A stretch of DNA of 64,000 nucleotides, from IMG/VR virus record IMGVR_UViG_3300019926_000016; one strand, given 5' to 3'. The stretch comes from a virus. The notes beneath the pieces were generated by a model, which had not been told where the DNA came from, did no database searches, and worked only from the letters and a program-made list of their open reading frames with translations. The first letter of the stretch is position 1; each line of letters opens with the position of its first letter. This document shows, piece by piece, positions 1 to 9,378 of this stretch. A program made the position numbers and the translations under genes.

Positions 1-194
1 GAATCACCGGAAACCTCGAAGGTGTCCTATCGGAAGGAGCGGTAAAAACTCTTGCAGAGTGTGAGGAAGGTGAAGGCTCGGCGTTCTTCCGAGTCGATGT
101 TGACAGTGACCGATTCAACCCGAAAGAGATGGCTCTTTCGGTAGAACTGGGTTTTCAAGTCTACGAAATTGACGTTGAAGTGAGTGAAATCTAA
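1..194 (+). CDS. 3' end of a hypothetical protein (partial, begins before the window)
   Basis: Open frame from nt 3 (ITGNLEGVLSEG...EIDVEVSEI) to TAA 192-194; acidic composition; next ATG at 197. Confidence 0.6.
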   Translation, partial: ITGNLEGVLSEGAVKTLAECEEGEGSAFFRVDVDSDRFNPKEMALSVELGFQVYEIDVEVSEI

Positions 195-196
195 CA

Positions 197-526
197 ATGA
201 GTGATAAAATCCGAAGTATCAGCGTGAGTCTTGAAGACGGTGAACGGCAGAGTGCAGGAAAAGTAACCAAGAAGTTCTTCAATTCAGTGGACGATGCTTT
301 CAGGAAACACGTAGTAGAAGTGACTCAAGTGACCGGCGAAAACCCGGAAGCGGCCCCGGCTCATCTGTCTTTCAAAACAGATGCCGACCCTGAAGCGATG
401 ACCATAGAGGTTGAATGGATGGCCGCAACCCATTTCAACCACGTTTCTGCAACAGTCGTTCCGACTGACGAAGAGATGCAAGAAGCTATGGAAACCATCG
501 AAGAAGACATCGAAGAAAGCATCTAA
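197..526 (+). CDS. hypothetical acidic protein
   Basis: 109-aa ORF, D/E-rich, directly after the upstream stop. Confidence 0.7.
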   Translation: MSDKIRSISVSLEDGERQSAGKVTKKFFNSVDDAFRKHVVEVTQVTGENPEAAPAHLSFKTDADPEAMTIEVEWMAATHFNHVSATVVPTDEEMQEAMETIEEDIEESI

Positions 527-558
527 GGCTCAACAGGTGGGTTTCGATTCTTCGGAAA

Positions 559-592
559 CCATCGAAGGTGAATTTATAACAACCTTCGGTGG
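559..592 (+). promoter_or_regulatory. TATA box (TTTATAA 573-579) inside an 11-bp inverted repeat
   Basis: CCATCGAAGGT (559-569) / ACCTTCGGTGG (582-592) flank TTTATAA, about 90 nt upstream of ATG 669. Confidence 0.55.
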
Positions 593-668
593 CCGGACCC
601 GATTCTCCCTTCGGGAAACAACAGGGAGCGTGAGGTTACTCTACGAAGTGAGTAACATATTTCGACCA

Positions 669-1772
669 ATGAGTTTCGACTTCGCAGTGAACGACAGCAG
701 TACCGAGACGGTCAACAACGACAGCGACGACGTTTCCGAAGAGATTTCAACGGAGTTCGAGAACAACGAGGTGGCTGACCTGTACCTCAGTATCGGTGAC
801 TGGAAGGGAACGGTCGGTAAAATCCTCAAAGCTCTGGAAATGGAACAGCTAAAGATTTACAGCGACGACACTCTCGAAGATGTCGGTCGTCTTCTCGGTG
901 AGTACACCGAAGCCCATCCGATGCAGAAGTTGCATATGGTGGCTTCGTTGGCAAAGGCCACCGCCGGAAAGATGCAACGAGAAAACGACCACGGCATCGG
1001 TCTTCAGAAGGGCAAAGCTCCCGAAGAACACTTCGAGGAGAGTGTCAGCTACGCTCTGTTCTTCTCCGACCTTCCAGCTATCGAATGGGAGAGTCTTGAC
1101 GGTGGAGAGCGTGAAAACCTCGAAGAGATGGGCATCGACCCGTCGTCTCTCGGCTTCGACACGACCTTCGGTGGTCCGAAGCTGTTGGTGGTCGGCGGTG
1201 AACGGCTCCCCATCGTTGTCGAAGAGGGCAACGAAGTGATGGAAGCGGTGAACATCCTTCAGGGTCTTCCGGGGGAACCTTCGGCCTACACTGAAGACGG
1301 CTTCCGAGAGTCGTCTGACGGTTCGGTGTTCGGTGAAAGTGAGGATTCAACCGAGACTGAAAGCACCGAGAACGGTGGCGAAGTGAACCTCGCGGCGAAC
1401 CCCGAACGAGTCAAAGAGGTGAACGTCGGTGACATCAAAGCTGAAGTGACCGGCATCGACTCGCTTCGGACTATCCAAACGATGCTTCGAGTCGAAAGTG
1501 ACTCGGAGAGTCCTCGGTCGTCGGCCATCAAGCGACTCAAAGAGCGTCGGAACGCCCTTCAGAACGGCAGTCAGAATGAAGGGTCCGACGCTGAAGGCGA
1601 CGAAGAGGCAGATGACGACAAAGTGGCTGAAGCCGTCGATAGTGTCGAAGAGGACACCGAAGAGCAGGAACGAGAGCTTGACGAAGGCGACAAAGCTCTG
1701 ATGGCGGCAATGCTGAACAACGGTGATGTTGAGAGTCGAGAAGAAGCGAAGGAGGAAGTGCTGAAGCTGTAG
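669..1772 (+). CDS. hypothetical acidic protein with a small helical C-terminal domain
   Basis: Start moved from 411 to ATG 669 (MSFDFAV) because the upstream part overlaps the previous gene and promoter; the VNVGDIKAEV...RSSAIKRLKERR segment resembles the C-terminus of ORF 30588..30896. Confidence 0.75.
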   Translation: MSFDFAVNDSSTETVNNDSDDVSEEISTEFENNEVADLYLSIGDWKGTVGKILKALEMEQLKIYSDDTLEDVGRLLGEYTEAHPMQKLHMVASLAKATAGKMQRENDHGIGLQKGKAPEEHFEESVSYALFFSDLPAIEWESLDGGERENLEEMGIDPSSLGFDTTFGGPKLLVVGGERLPIVVEEGNEVMEAVNILQGLPGEPSAYTEDGFRESSDGSVFGESEDSTETESTENGGEVNLAANPERVKEVNVGDIKAEVTGIDSLRTIQTMLRVESDSESPRSSAIKRLKERRNALQNGSQNEGSDAEGDEEADDDKVAEAVDSVEEDTEEQERELDEGDKALMAAMLNNGDVESREEAKEEVLKL

Positions 1773-1914
1773 GCTGAAAGACTCGGAACGACGAAGTGAA
1801 GTCTTAGCCCAATTGAAGGCTTTGGCCTTCCACGGTTCACGACCGAATTGGGAACTTTAGGGCAAAGCGTCAGGGACGCTCTGCCTTCGGCCTGATTCCC
1901 TGAGAGTGATTGCA

Positions 1915-2121
1915 ATGACTGGCTTCGATACCAGCGACGGCTACCGAATCGAACCGCTTGATGACCGAGACAGCGACGACCCTGACTTCACCATCGACCC
2001 GATGCTTTCGTGTTCTAACACGGACTTCGGCGGTGAAGACCCTGCTTCGGACCCGGAACCCCGTGGGGAAGTCGCTCCGGCTTGGAACAGTGAAGACCGT
2101 CTCGGTGAGGTTGAAGGATGA
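1915..2121 (+). CDS. hypothetical protein
   Basis: D/E/P-rich ORF from ATG 1915; ATGA overlap with the next ORF. Confidence 0.5.
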   Translation: MTGFDTSDGYRIEPLDDRDSDDPDFTIDPMLSCSNTDFGGEDPASDPEPRGEVAPAWNSEDRLGEVEG

Positions 2122-2267
2122 CGATAGACCCCGACCCGTTGGCAGAACGAAGTTCTGACGGTCTGACTCGGGATGACCTAAAGATGGACAAGTACGACGA
2201 CAGCAAGCAGAGTCTCGAAGAGAACGCTGACATCGACCCGAAACTGAAGGAGAAGTTCGACCTGTGA
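2118..2267 (+). CDS. small hypothetical protein (49 aa, not in the ORF track)
   Basis: MTIDPDPLAERSSDGL...KEKFDL; 4-nt overlaps at both ends. Confidence 0.5.
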   Translation: MTIDPDPLAERSSDGLTRDDLKMDKYDDSKQSLEENADIDPKLKEKFDL

Positions 2268-2467
2268 ACGACAAAAACGAAGCAACGTGGCAGTATGAAG
2301 TCGATTCGGTGCAACGACAGGGAACGACTGGAGCGACAAAGGCTCGGCGTCACGGTGAAGTCAGTTGTCCAGAACCGACTGACGGCAACGAACCGAACAA
2401 TCATCACGGTGATAAGGAAAACGAACAACCGGCTCACGACAAAGACGGGATTCCAACAGGAATCTGA

Positions 2468-3025
2468 GTGACGATGGGCTTCGATTTCGCAACGTCTGAC
2501 AATAGCGGAAAAGACGACAGTGAACCGGACTTCGGTGATGAAATGGGACACCGAAAGTTCCGTGAAGCCTGTGAAGAGTATGCTGAATGGGCTGTCGAAG
2601 AGTACGATGAACTGTCTGAGGTAGACCTGAAGCCGGTCAGAGTCGAAGTAAGTGACGACCTGAAACGAACGGCAGGCAAAGCAGGGAAACGGAGCGACGA
2701 CTACTTCATCCGGTTCGCTACTGGAGCCTACGAAGAGTGGGGTTGGAGCGACCAGATGAAGTCAACTATCCGCCACGAACTGATACACATTCACCAGTAT
2801 CAGGAAACGGGAAGCGGCGACCACGGAATCGGATTCAGACGAATCGCTAACAAGATAGGCTGTGAAGTCCATTGTCAGAAGTTCACTGACTACAACTTCC
2901 AGTTCTACTGTACCGAATGTGGCGAAGAGTCGGGTGGTCGGTATCGGGAGTGCAAAGCAACAAGAAATCCCGAAAAGTATCGGTCAAAGTGCTGTAAAGC
3001 ACCACTACGAGTTGAAGAACAATGA
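2468..3025 (+). CDS. SprT-like zinc metalloprotease
   Basis: HELIH (HExxH), downstream DHGIGF, C-terminal CTECG...CCK zinc ribbon. Confidence 0.85.
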   Translation: MTMGFDFATSDNSGKDDSEPDFGDEMGHRKFREACEEYAEWAVEEYDELSEVDLKPVRVEVSDDLKRTAGKAGKRSDDYFIRFATGAYEEWGWSDQMKSTIRHELIHIHQYQETGSGDHGIGFRRIANKIGCEVHCQKFTDYNFQFYCTECGEESGGRYRECKATRNPEKYRSKCCKAPLRVEEQ

Positions 3026-3157
3026 CAACACTCAATCCGAAAGAAGACGGCGAGGAAGCGTTAGATGAATTGATTTTCGAACGAGACAAAAAGAAGTCGA
3101 AGTACGACGAGCAGTTAGCGGAAGACGAAGACGACGGCAACAACTGAGGCAAATCCT

Positions 3158-3448
3158 ATGATAGATGCAGAACCCTTCGATAGCGACAGCGATAGCGATA
3201 GTATTGGAACGTATAAATCACTTTCTCTCGGCCTTATCGGTGCGATGAAGGATGGAATGGTCGATTCCTTCTCGTACCGTGGTCTTCGAGTGAACCGAAG
3301 CGGTGATTCGATGTGGGTCACTGAAGATAACGAAGCCGCGATGAATGACGAACCACTCGGCGGTCATCTGTATCTCCCTTCGGCTACTGTTCGGACTGCT
3401 TTCGAGTGGTTAGAAACAAAAGCCGACTACTACGAGGTGGCTGAATGA
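3158..3448 (+). CDS. hypothetical protein
   Basis: 96-aa acidic ORF, ATGA-coupled to the next ORF. Confidence 0.65.
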   Translation: MIDAEPFDSDSDSDSIGTYKSLSLGLIGAMKDGMVDSFSYRGLRVNRSGDSMWVTEDNEAAMNDEPLGGHLYLPSATVRTAFEWLETKADYYEVAE

Positions 3449-3708
3449 AACTCACTATCGGAGAGAAGTGGCATCGTGAAGAGACGGAATACATCGAAGA
3501 GATGACCATCGAAGGGTTGGCATCAATCGAGGACCAACTACCGAACGGCGAAGTCGTTCTTCCGAAAAACGGCGATAGCAAAGTGAAAGTTCGTATCATC
3601 AACAGTGTGACGGCGAATTTCTTCACGACCGAAGTAAAACTTCGGGCTATCGTTAATAATTGGGAACGAGGTGAAGCCCCAATAGAGATGCCGGGAATGT
3701 TGGTGTAG
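3445..3708 (+). CDS. hypothetical protein
   Basis: 87-aa ORF coupled to the previous ORF. Confidence 0.65.
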   Translation: MKLTIGEKWHREETEYIEEMTIEGLASIEDQLPNGEVVLPKNGDSKVKVRIINSVTANFFTTEVKLRAIVNNWERGEAPIEMPGMLV

Positions 3709-3709
3709 G

Positions 3710-3720
3710 AAAGACTTAAG
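3710..3720 (+). promoter_or_regulatory. repeated AAAGACTTAA motif (probable BRE-TATA)
   Basis: Same or near-identical 10-mer at 6041, 10259, 11295, 19619 and 36465; always intergenic, usually just after a stop codon. Confidence 0.6.
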
Positions 3721-3740
3721 ACAAACCGCTTCAATTCTTT

Positions 3741-3810
3741 GGGCGAAAGAAGGGAACAACCCTTCTCGGTTGAGAGGTAGCCGCCTCGACCCTGACGATG
3801 CCCAAGGCTT
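3741..3810 (+). ncRNA. type II hammerhead ribozyme HH1
   Basis: GGGC-GAAA-GAAGGG/CCCTTC-TC-GGTTGAG/CTCGACC-CTGACGA-T-GCCC; loop AGCC pairs with 3' GGCT; predicted cut after C3767. Confidence 0.9.
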
Positions 3811-3834
3811 CACGGGATGCAACCTTCCAAAACT

Positions 3835-3975
3835 ATGACGGAACACACCTGCCGCCGACCCGATTGCGAGGAAACGTTCACCAACCAGTTCGACTACGAC
3901 ATTCACCTTCTGAACAGTCACGAAATGCCGAGTGATGAAATCGACAATTTCCCTCGGCCTCCTGAAAGCCGGTAA
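3835..3975 (+). CDS. small C2H2 zinc-finger protein (46 aa, not in the ORF track)
   Basis: MTEHTCRRPDCEETFTNQFDYDIHLLNSH...; C-x4-C-x12-H-x4-H; lies between HH1 and HH2. Confidence 0.75.
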   Translation: MTEHTCRRPDCEETFTNQFDYDIHLLNSHEMPSDEIDNFPRPPESR

Positions 3976-4000
3976 CTCCGAGTTACCGTAGCCTTCTAAC

Positions 4001-4067
4001 GGGCGAAAGGGGAGAAATCCCCTCGGTTTCGAGATAGCCGCCGAAACCCTGACGATGCCCACGGCTT
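4001..4067 (+). ncRNA. type II hammerhead ribozyme HH2
   Basis: GGGC-GAAA-GGGGA/TCCCC-TC-GGTTTCG/CGAAACC-CTGACGA-T-GCCC-A-CGGCT; predicted cut after C4024. Confidence 0.9.
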
Positions 4068-4101
4068 CGCAGAACGGGACCAACCTTCCGAGGTAAGACC
4101 A

Positions 4102-4647
4102 ATGGCAGAAACTACGAGCGATAACGGCGATGCAACGACAGACTTCGACCCGTTCGACGGGTTTAACGTAGTAGATGAACTTCCGCTTCAGCAGTTCGTG
4201 GACTTCGGCTTCGATTCGTTCGGAGAGTACATCCACATCGTTCCCGACCCGGAACGGCGACAACTTCGGGTCTACCGTTCGGTGTCGGATGCAACCGAAG
4301 AAAACGAGCGGATTTCAACGGTGATAGATGACGTGAAAATCACCTATCACTACGACAACTACCGCAACGATAGGCCGGAAGTCAACCACTTCTACCTGAC
4401 TGGAACGGAAGCGATGACGTTCCTTTCATTTCTGGACCTTCTCGGTTCGGGTCGTGAAGGACGGCTCACCTTCGAGTGGTGGGAAGAGTCAGGGATGCCG
4501 ATGATGGAAGACGAAAAGACGGACATCGAGATTCTGACTTTCACGTTCGACAAGCCGAACGGCGTGAACCGAACAGTATCGATAGACAATCCGTGGCAAT
4601 CTCCGAAGGCTCACCGGATGGCGAATCTGGATGGTGAAGTGCTATGA
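4102..4647 (+). CDS. hypothetical protein
   Basis: 181-aa acidic ORF, ATG 77 nt after the HH2 cut site. Confidence 0.75.
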   Translation: MAETTSDNGDATTDFDPFDGFNVVDELPLQQFVDFGFDSFGEYIHIVPDPERRQLRVYRSVSDATEENERISTVIDDVKITYHYDNYRNDRPEVNHFYLTGTEAMTFLSFLDLLGSGREGRLTFEWWEESGMPMMEDEKTDIEILTFTFDKPNGVNRTVSIDNPWQSPKAHRMANLDGEVL

Positions 4648-4877
4648 CAGAGATTCCCGAGGAAATCCGGTCGTTCGAGGAATTGCAGTCGGTCGATAGC
4701 ATTGCTGAAGTGCAAGACAGTTACGCCGATTACGTCATCATTCTCGATTCGTCTCGAACGAACGAGGTTCGGGTTCACTACCTCGAAAACTTCCGTAACA
4801 AATGGGAATGGGTCGATTCGGCAACTAACGACCGTCACGACAACGGTTACTTGCAGATTCAACGGAGAGACAACTAA
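4644..4877 (+). CDS. hypothetical protein
   Basis: 77 aa, coupled at both ends. Confidence 0.65.
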   Translation: MTEIPEEIRSFEELQSVDSIAEVQDSYADYVIILDSSRTNEVRVHYLENFRNKWEWVDSATNDRHDNGYLQIQRRDN

Positions 4878-5302
4878 TGTCAGTCATCAAAGAGCGGCTT
4901 GACGAAACGGACGCATCGCTTCACGAAATCGAAGAGTGTCTGGATGAAATCGAACGGCTTCAGTGTCGGTATCCAGATGCCTTCGGTATCGCGGCAGTCT
5001 TCGACAACGACGAACTTCGGGAACAGATAAGTGAAGAGCGATTCACTGGAAGTTACCCCGGAGCGTGGCATATCTACGATGGAAACACGAGACACGACTA
5101 TTACTGGCATCGTCATCAACCGGGACACGACGACTGGATGTCAATTTGGGCAGACGAGAAAAGATGGGGTGAATGGTGGATTGAAATCTACCCATATATT
5201 GATAGTGAGAGTCCAACACTCAGGACTTCACACGACACCAAAACAGAAGCGGCGATTCGGGTGGCTAAACTGATGCAGAAATACAGTGAGGATGAACAAT
5301 GA
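4877..5302 (+). CDS. hypothetical protein (Trp-rich)
   Basis: 141 aa, TAATG overlap. Confidence 0.7.
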   Translation: MSVIKERLDETDASLHEIEECLDEIERLQCRYPDAFGIAAVFDNDELREQISEERFTGSYPGAWHIYDGNTRHDYYWHRHQPGHDDWMSIWADEKRWGEWWIEIYPYIDSESPTLRTSHDTKTEAAIRVAKLMQKYSEDEQ

Positions 5303-5467
5303 CCGGACCATACGATTTCATCGACCCCGACCGACCCGAGAGGAAACGCGCCGTTCAACGAACTAACGAAGCCACTGAAACCGAGAAGGGTGGGATGAAC
5401 ACCGACAGGATGCGGTTCCGATAGGCCGAACTGTCGATGAAGAAAACGAAGGACTGTTGAACCGACT

Positions 5468-6037
5468 TTGGAGTGCGATTGGAGGATTCTTCAAATGAAC
5501 CAAGCAACAGCAAACGTTCAGACGACGGGTAGCATCGTGACTGACAATGGACGAAGTTTCCCCGATGATGTCTACGAAGAGACTTCACGGGCCACCGGCA
5601 ATCAGCAATGGGTCGCTGACCACTGGGCTGATGGGAAACTTCCGACTCATTCCACCAGTGGTGATGCAGTGGTTCTCTACACCGGGACTGGAAACTTCAA
5701 AGGATTCCAGTATCCTGACGGGCGAGGCAAACTGAAGCACTACAATCACATTCAAGCAATCAGAACCCGTTCAGGGCTGATTATCGGTGATAGCAGTTGC
5801 TATGCAAGAGGGATGGCACACTGTAACTATCCAACAGATGAAGACTACCGTATCAACCTGACCGAACTGAAGAAACGACTTCGAGGCGAACCAGAAGAAA
5901 TCTACGACATAACGGCAATCAGCGGCCTCGATGACGACACAATAACATTCGAGAGTGGTCGTGTCTATTCGGTTGAAGACGACGAATGGTCGGACCCTGA
6001 TGCCGACACGTCAGAACCGAACGCTCTTGGATTGTAG
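5468..6037 (+). CDS. hypothetical protein
   Basis: 189-aa ORF; true start may be the downstream ATG (MNQATAN). Confidence 0.7.
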   Translation: MECDWRILQMNQATANVQTTGSIVTDNGRSFPDDVYEETSRATGNQQWVADHWADGKLPTHSTSGDAVVLYTGTGNFKGFQYPDGRGKLKHYNHIQAIRTRSGLIIGDSSCYARGMAHCNYPTDEDYRINLTELKKRLRGEPEEIYDITAISGLDDDTITFESGRVYSVEDDEWSDPDADTSEPNALGL

Positions 6038-6076
6038 ACCAAAGACTTAACCCGAAAGGTTCCAAGTCTTTCAACA

Positions 6077-6144
6077 GGGCGAAACGGGGACCGGCCCCGT
6101 CGAGAAGGAGGTAGCCGCCCTTCTCCTGATGATGCCCACGGCTT
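6077..6144 (+). ncRNA. type II hammerhead ribozyme HH3
   Basis: GGGC-GAAA-CGGGG/CCCCG-TC-GAGAAGG/CCTTCTC-CTGATGA-T-GCCC-A-CGGCT; GUC triplet, predicted cut after C6101. Confidence 0.92.
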
Positions 6145-6166
6145 CACGGGACGCAACCTTCCGAGA

Positions 6167-6349
6167 ATGACCGAATCCGAACCAATCGCTTACGTCTATC
6201 AGGTTGTTCCAGACAATCCTGATTGGGCAAAGCAAAGACCGGCTTTTGAGCCTCATTAGAGTGTCACGTTTGAACACCCCGATGAACGGTTCGATGGTAT
6301 AGATGGCGTGAAGGCAATCGACACAACTCCCCTCTACGACAATGAGTGA
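6167..6349 (+). pseudogene. 60-codon ORF interrupted by an in-frame TAG (6257-6259)
   Basis: MTESEPIAYVYQ...FEPH*SVTFEHPDERFDG...YDNE*; the second half has no start codon and ends overlapping ATG 6342. Confidence 0.45.
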
Positions 6350-9110
6350 CAACGCACTTCAGACGACGGACGAAGCGAACGATGAACAACCTGTGGTCAA
6401 AGGGACGGGCGGCGGCGAAGTCAAGAAAATCGACACAGTGGACGAAGACCACCCGCTTGTCGAAGAGACGGGCGATTCGGCACTGAAGACCGAGACTGAA
6501 AGCGGTGCAGGTGAGTTTCTGTCTGACTTCATCTACGAACACGACTCGGCTTGGGTTCGGGAATGGCTCCAGAACCACGAAACGGCTTGTGTTCGAGCGG
6601 CGAAGTACCTCATCAAAGCGAGTGACGAATACAACGACGGCTGGTTGACTCATTCGATGTGGGTCGAAGAGGAAACCGGCGAGACGGTCATCGACTACGA
6701 TGAACCGCAAGCGATTCTCGCTGAGTACGATGGTGAGGCGAAGACGCTTCGTGAGATAGAAGTGAATCGTCCCATCGGTGAAGTCCTCGAAGCGGCGCGG
6801 AATCTCGGCTACGACCCAACAATCGTTTGGGACGTGTATCTCGATGAACGGAAGATAGTGACCGAAGACAACGGCATTGGGATGACTCCGTATGAGTTTG
6901 ACCAAGCCTTCAACACTATCTTCTCTTCTGGTGCGGCCCTCGATAGTGAAACCGGCGGGATGTTCGGTGTCGGTTCGGAGTCCGTGGCACTGGTTCACGG
7001 GAAGAACGGCGGGGCTGAAATCGTAACATCAAGTCGTCGGACAACGAGTGACGGTAATGGGTACGAAGGCTTCAAGGCCTACTCCTATCTCGGTGGAGCG
7101 AACGCACTTCCCGGCGACGTTCCCGAGTCGTTCCGTGGAACGAAGTTCAACATCCCGGTTCAGAAAGACTTCAACCTACACAAACTTCAGGAGTGGGTCG
7201 AAGAGTATTCCGAGAAACTTCGTGTTCCGCTTCTGTACCGGGAACACGACGCTGGAAACACGCCGGTCGAAGAAGAGTACGAAGCCACAGTCTTCACTGA
7301 AGACTACGGTGAACCGCCGGTTGTCATCGAACGACCCGGTGAATTCAGTGTCGTTGCTGGACCTGATGTGTATAATGACAGTTTCCGTTCCGATGATAAT
7401 GACACGTTCCTCGTCTCGATGCCGATTGACCGGAACACTCGCGCTTCAATCTACACGTTTTGGGACGTTGTGATTCAGATTCACGACGAACAGGGCCTTA
7501 TCGTCGCCGGTCCTCACCGTGGAGAGTACCGCGAAGACGTTGGGGACATTCAGGATAACGATGTGGTGCTACCGGAACCGACCGGGGACCGTGACCGTCT
7601 TCAGCGGGATTCGGAATCGAAGGACTTCTTCTACTACGTTCAGGACGAAGTTAAGTCCCGAGAGTTGGAGAAGGTCAGCGATGTTGCGGAGCGGATGAAA
7701 GAGGCAGACCATCCCGGTGATGTAATCCGTGACAACAAGAACGACTGGACGTTGTTCAAGAAGATGGTCAAGTATCACGGTCATCACCGCATCTTCGAGA
7801 GTCGGGCTAAACTGAAGTCATTCGTCAACGACCGCGACGAGTTTCCCGACTTCGACAAGCAGAAAATCCACGAGATTTACTCCCTCTTCGAGAAAGTGAG
7901 CCACTGCTACAAAGGAGCCGGACGTTCCTCGAAGAAGAGCAGTCGGTCGGAGAAGATGTTGGGTGAAATCCTCGCCAAAAAGAACCCCGATACCGTCTAT
8001 ATGGCGGCTTCGACTGGTGGGAATTTCACGCAACGGTTCAAAGTCATCGAGAACACTTACGACAGTCCTGAAGTCATCGTCATTGGTAGTGCCGCAAAGT
8101 ACGACAAGTATCAGAAGCAATACGGGTTCCGTATTCTGAAGAACGTCCCGTTGACTGACGGCGACGAAGACGACCACGACTACGATGTTCCCGATGATAT
8201 TCACGACCGGAACGTGAAGACATCGACGGACAACACCGGGAAGGCCGAGGAAGTCAAAGAGCGCGTTCTAAAGATTCGGAACGACGGAACTAACTCTTCC
8301 ATCGACTTCCGGCCAACGATAGAAGATGCTCAGGAACGACTCGAAAATGGGGGGACATTCGGAAACCACAAAGAGAAATTGATTGTGTTTCCCCGGAGTG
8401 CAGATGAAAACATCAGTGACCACTATGACTTGGCCGACTATGTTGCCATAGTTTCGGTCAGTTCCAAAGAGTACGACGAGTTATCGGGCTACGATAACGT
8501 CTTCACCTTCGAGGAATACAAAGAGTGGTCCCGGTCGGCTCTCATTGCCACCGAAGACGGTGCAATGACACCGGAAGAGTTGGTCGAAGATGACCGAATG
8601 GTGGTGATGGCATATCGTGACAAGCACGGAAATCGAGATGTTCTGAAGTTGCTCTCCGACGACTATGAGGAACTTCGGAACCGCTACCTCGATGACATTC
8701 GTGACCAGTACGGCTACTATTACGACGACGATTACGATGTTGGTCGTGGTAAATTGCCGCCGGAGAGTGAACGACCTGATACGCTCTTTGCGGTGACTGA
8801 TTCGGTCGTTCTCAATCGGGCTGAATGGGCATTTGACCATATGGCTTTCACGCCTAAGTCGATGGTCTGTCTGAAACTCAACCGGCGTCGATACGGGTAT
8901 AATAACCCGGCTGAGTGGAAGACGCTCAACAAAACGACGAAGAAGTACCGACTGATGGTAGACACGCCGAAGTGGGACAACAGTAGCGACATCTACGAAA
9001 TATTCCCTTCGGACCACAGTAGTCGAAAAGCACAGATGTACCTCGGTTTCCACGACCGAGGCGTTGACCCGACTGATTTCGAGCCTGAAGAACTTCGTGA
9101 CCTCATCTGA
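6342..9110 (+). CDS. large GHKL (Hsp90/MORC/rIIA-like) ATPase
   Basis: Bergerat-fold motifs REWLQN, EDNGIGMT, GGMFGVGSES and RGTKFNI, followed by about 600 aa of unrecognised sequence. Confidence 0.8.
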   Translation: MSDNALQTTDEANDEQPVVKGTGGGEVKKIDTVDEDHPLVEETGDSALKTETESGAGEFLSDFIYEHDSAWVREWLQNHETACVRAAKYLIKASDEYNDGWLTHSMWVEEETGETVIDYDEPQAILAEYDGEAKTLREIEVNRPIGEVLEAARNLGYDPTIVWDVYLDERKIVTEDNGIGMTPYEFDQAFNTIFSSGAALDSETGGMFGVGSESVALVHGKNGGAEIVTSSRRTTSDGNGYEGFKAYSYLGGANALPGDVPESFRGTKFNIPVQKDFNLHKLQEWVEEYSEKLRVPLLYREHDAGNTPVEEEYEATVFTEDYGEPPVVIERPGEFSVVAGPDVYNDSFRSDDNDTFLVSMPIDRNTRASIYTFWDVVIQIHDEQGLIVAGPHRGEYREDVGDIQDNDVVLPEPTGDRDRLQRDSESKDFFYYVQDEVKSRELEKVSDVAERMKEADHPGDVIRDNKNDWTLFKKMVKYHGHHRIFESRAKLKSFVNDRDEFPDFDKQKIHEIYSLFEKVSHCYKGAGRSSKKSSRSEKMLGEILAKKNPDTVYMAASTGGNFTQRFKVIENTYDSPEVIVIGSAAKYDKYQKQYGFRILKNVPLTDGDEDDHDYDVPDDIHDRNVKTSTDNTGKAEEVKERVLKIRNDGTNSSIDFRPTIEDAQERLENGGTFGNHKEKLIVFPRSADENISDHYDLADYVAIVSVSSKEYDELSGYDNVFTFEEYKEWSRSALIATEDGAMTPEELVEDDRMVVMAYRDKHGNRDVLKLLSDDYEELRNRYLDDIRDQYGYYYDDDYDVGRGKLPPESERPDTLFAVTDSVVLNRAEWAFDHMAFTPKSMVCLKLNRRRYGYNNPAEWKTLNKTTKKYRLMVDTPKWDNSSDIYEIFPSDHSSRKAQMYLGFHDRGVDPTDFEPEELRDLI

Positions 9111-9306
9111 ACCAGTCACTCCGGCTTACAACAGCAAGCCGGACCCTGACGAACCGTGGCGGTTCGTTTGCCCTCATTGTGAGGGACAGGTTCAACGAGG
9201 AAAGAACAACCTCAAATGGAGGTGTTACGATTGCCGTGAATCGTTCGAGAAAGACAATCTGAAAGACCTGAAACGCGATGAAGATAGACCCACCGCAAAC
9301 CGTTGA
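9064..9306 (+). CDS. zinc-ribbon protein (start uncertain)
   Basis: CPHC...CYDC motifs; only a TTG start in frame. Confidence 0.5.
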   Translation: MTRLISSLKNFVTSSEPVTPAYNSKPDPDEPWRFVCPHCEGQVQRGKNNLKWRCYDCRESFEKDNLKDLKRDEDRPTANR

Positions 9307-9378
9307 CCGGACTCGACCGTTCGAGAAGATAGACAGCGACGAATACCACTCGCTGTTCGACTACGAGGAAGACTGACA

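Noticed and set aside
411-668. N-terminal extension of the 453-aa ORF
   Set aside because: Overlaps the upstream gene and a TATA/inverted-repeat region; basic composition unlike the rest; ATG 669 preferred
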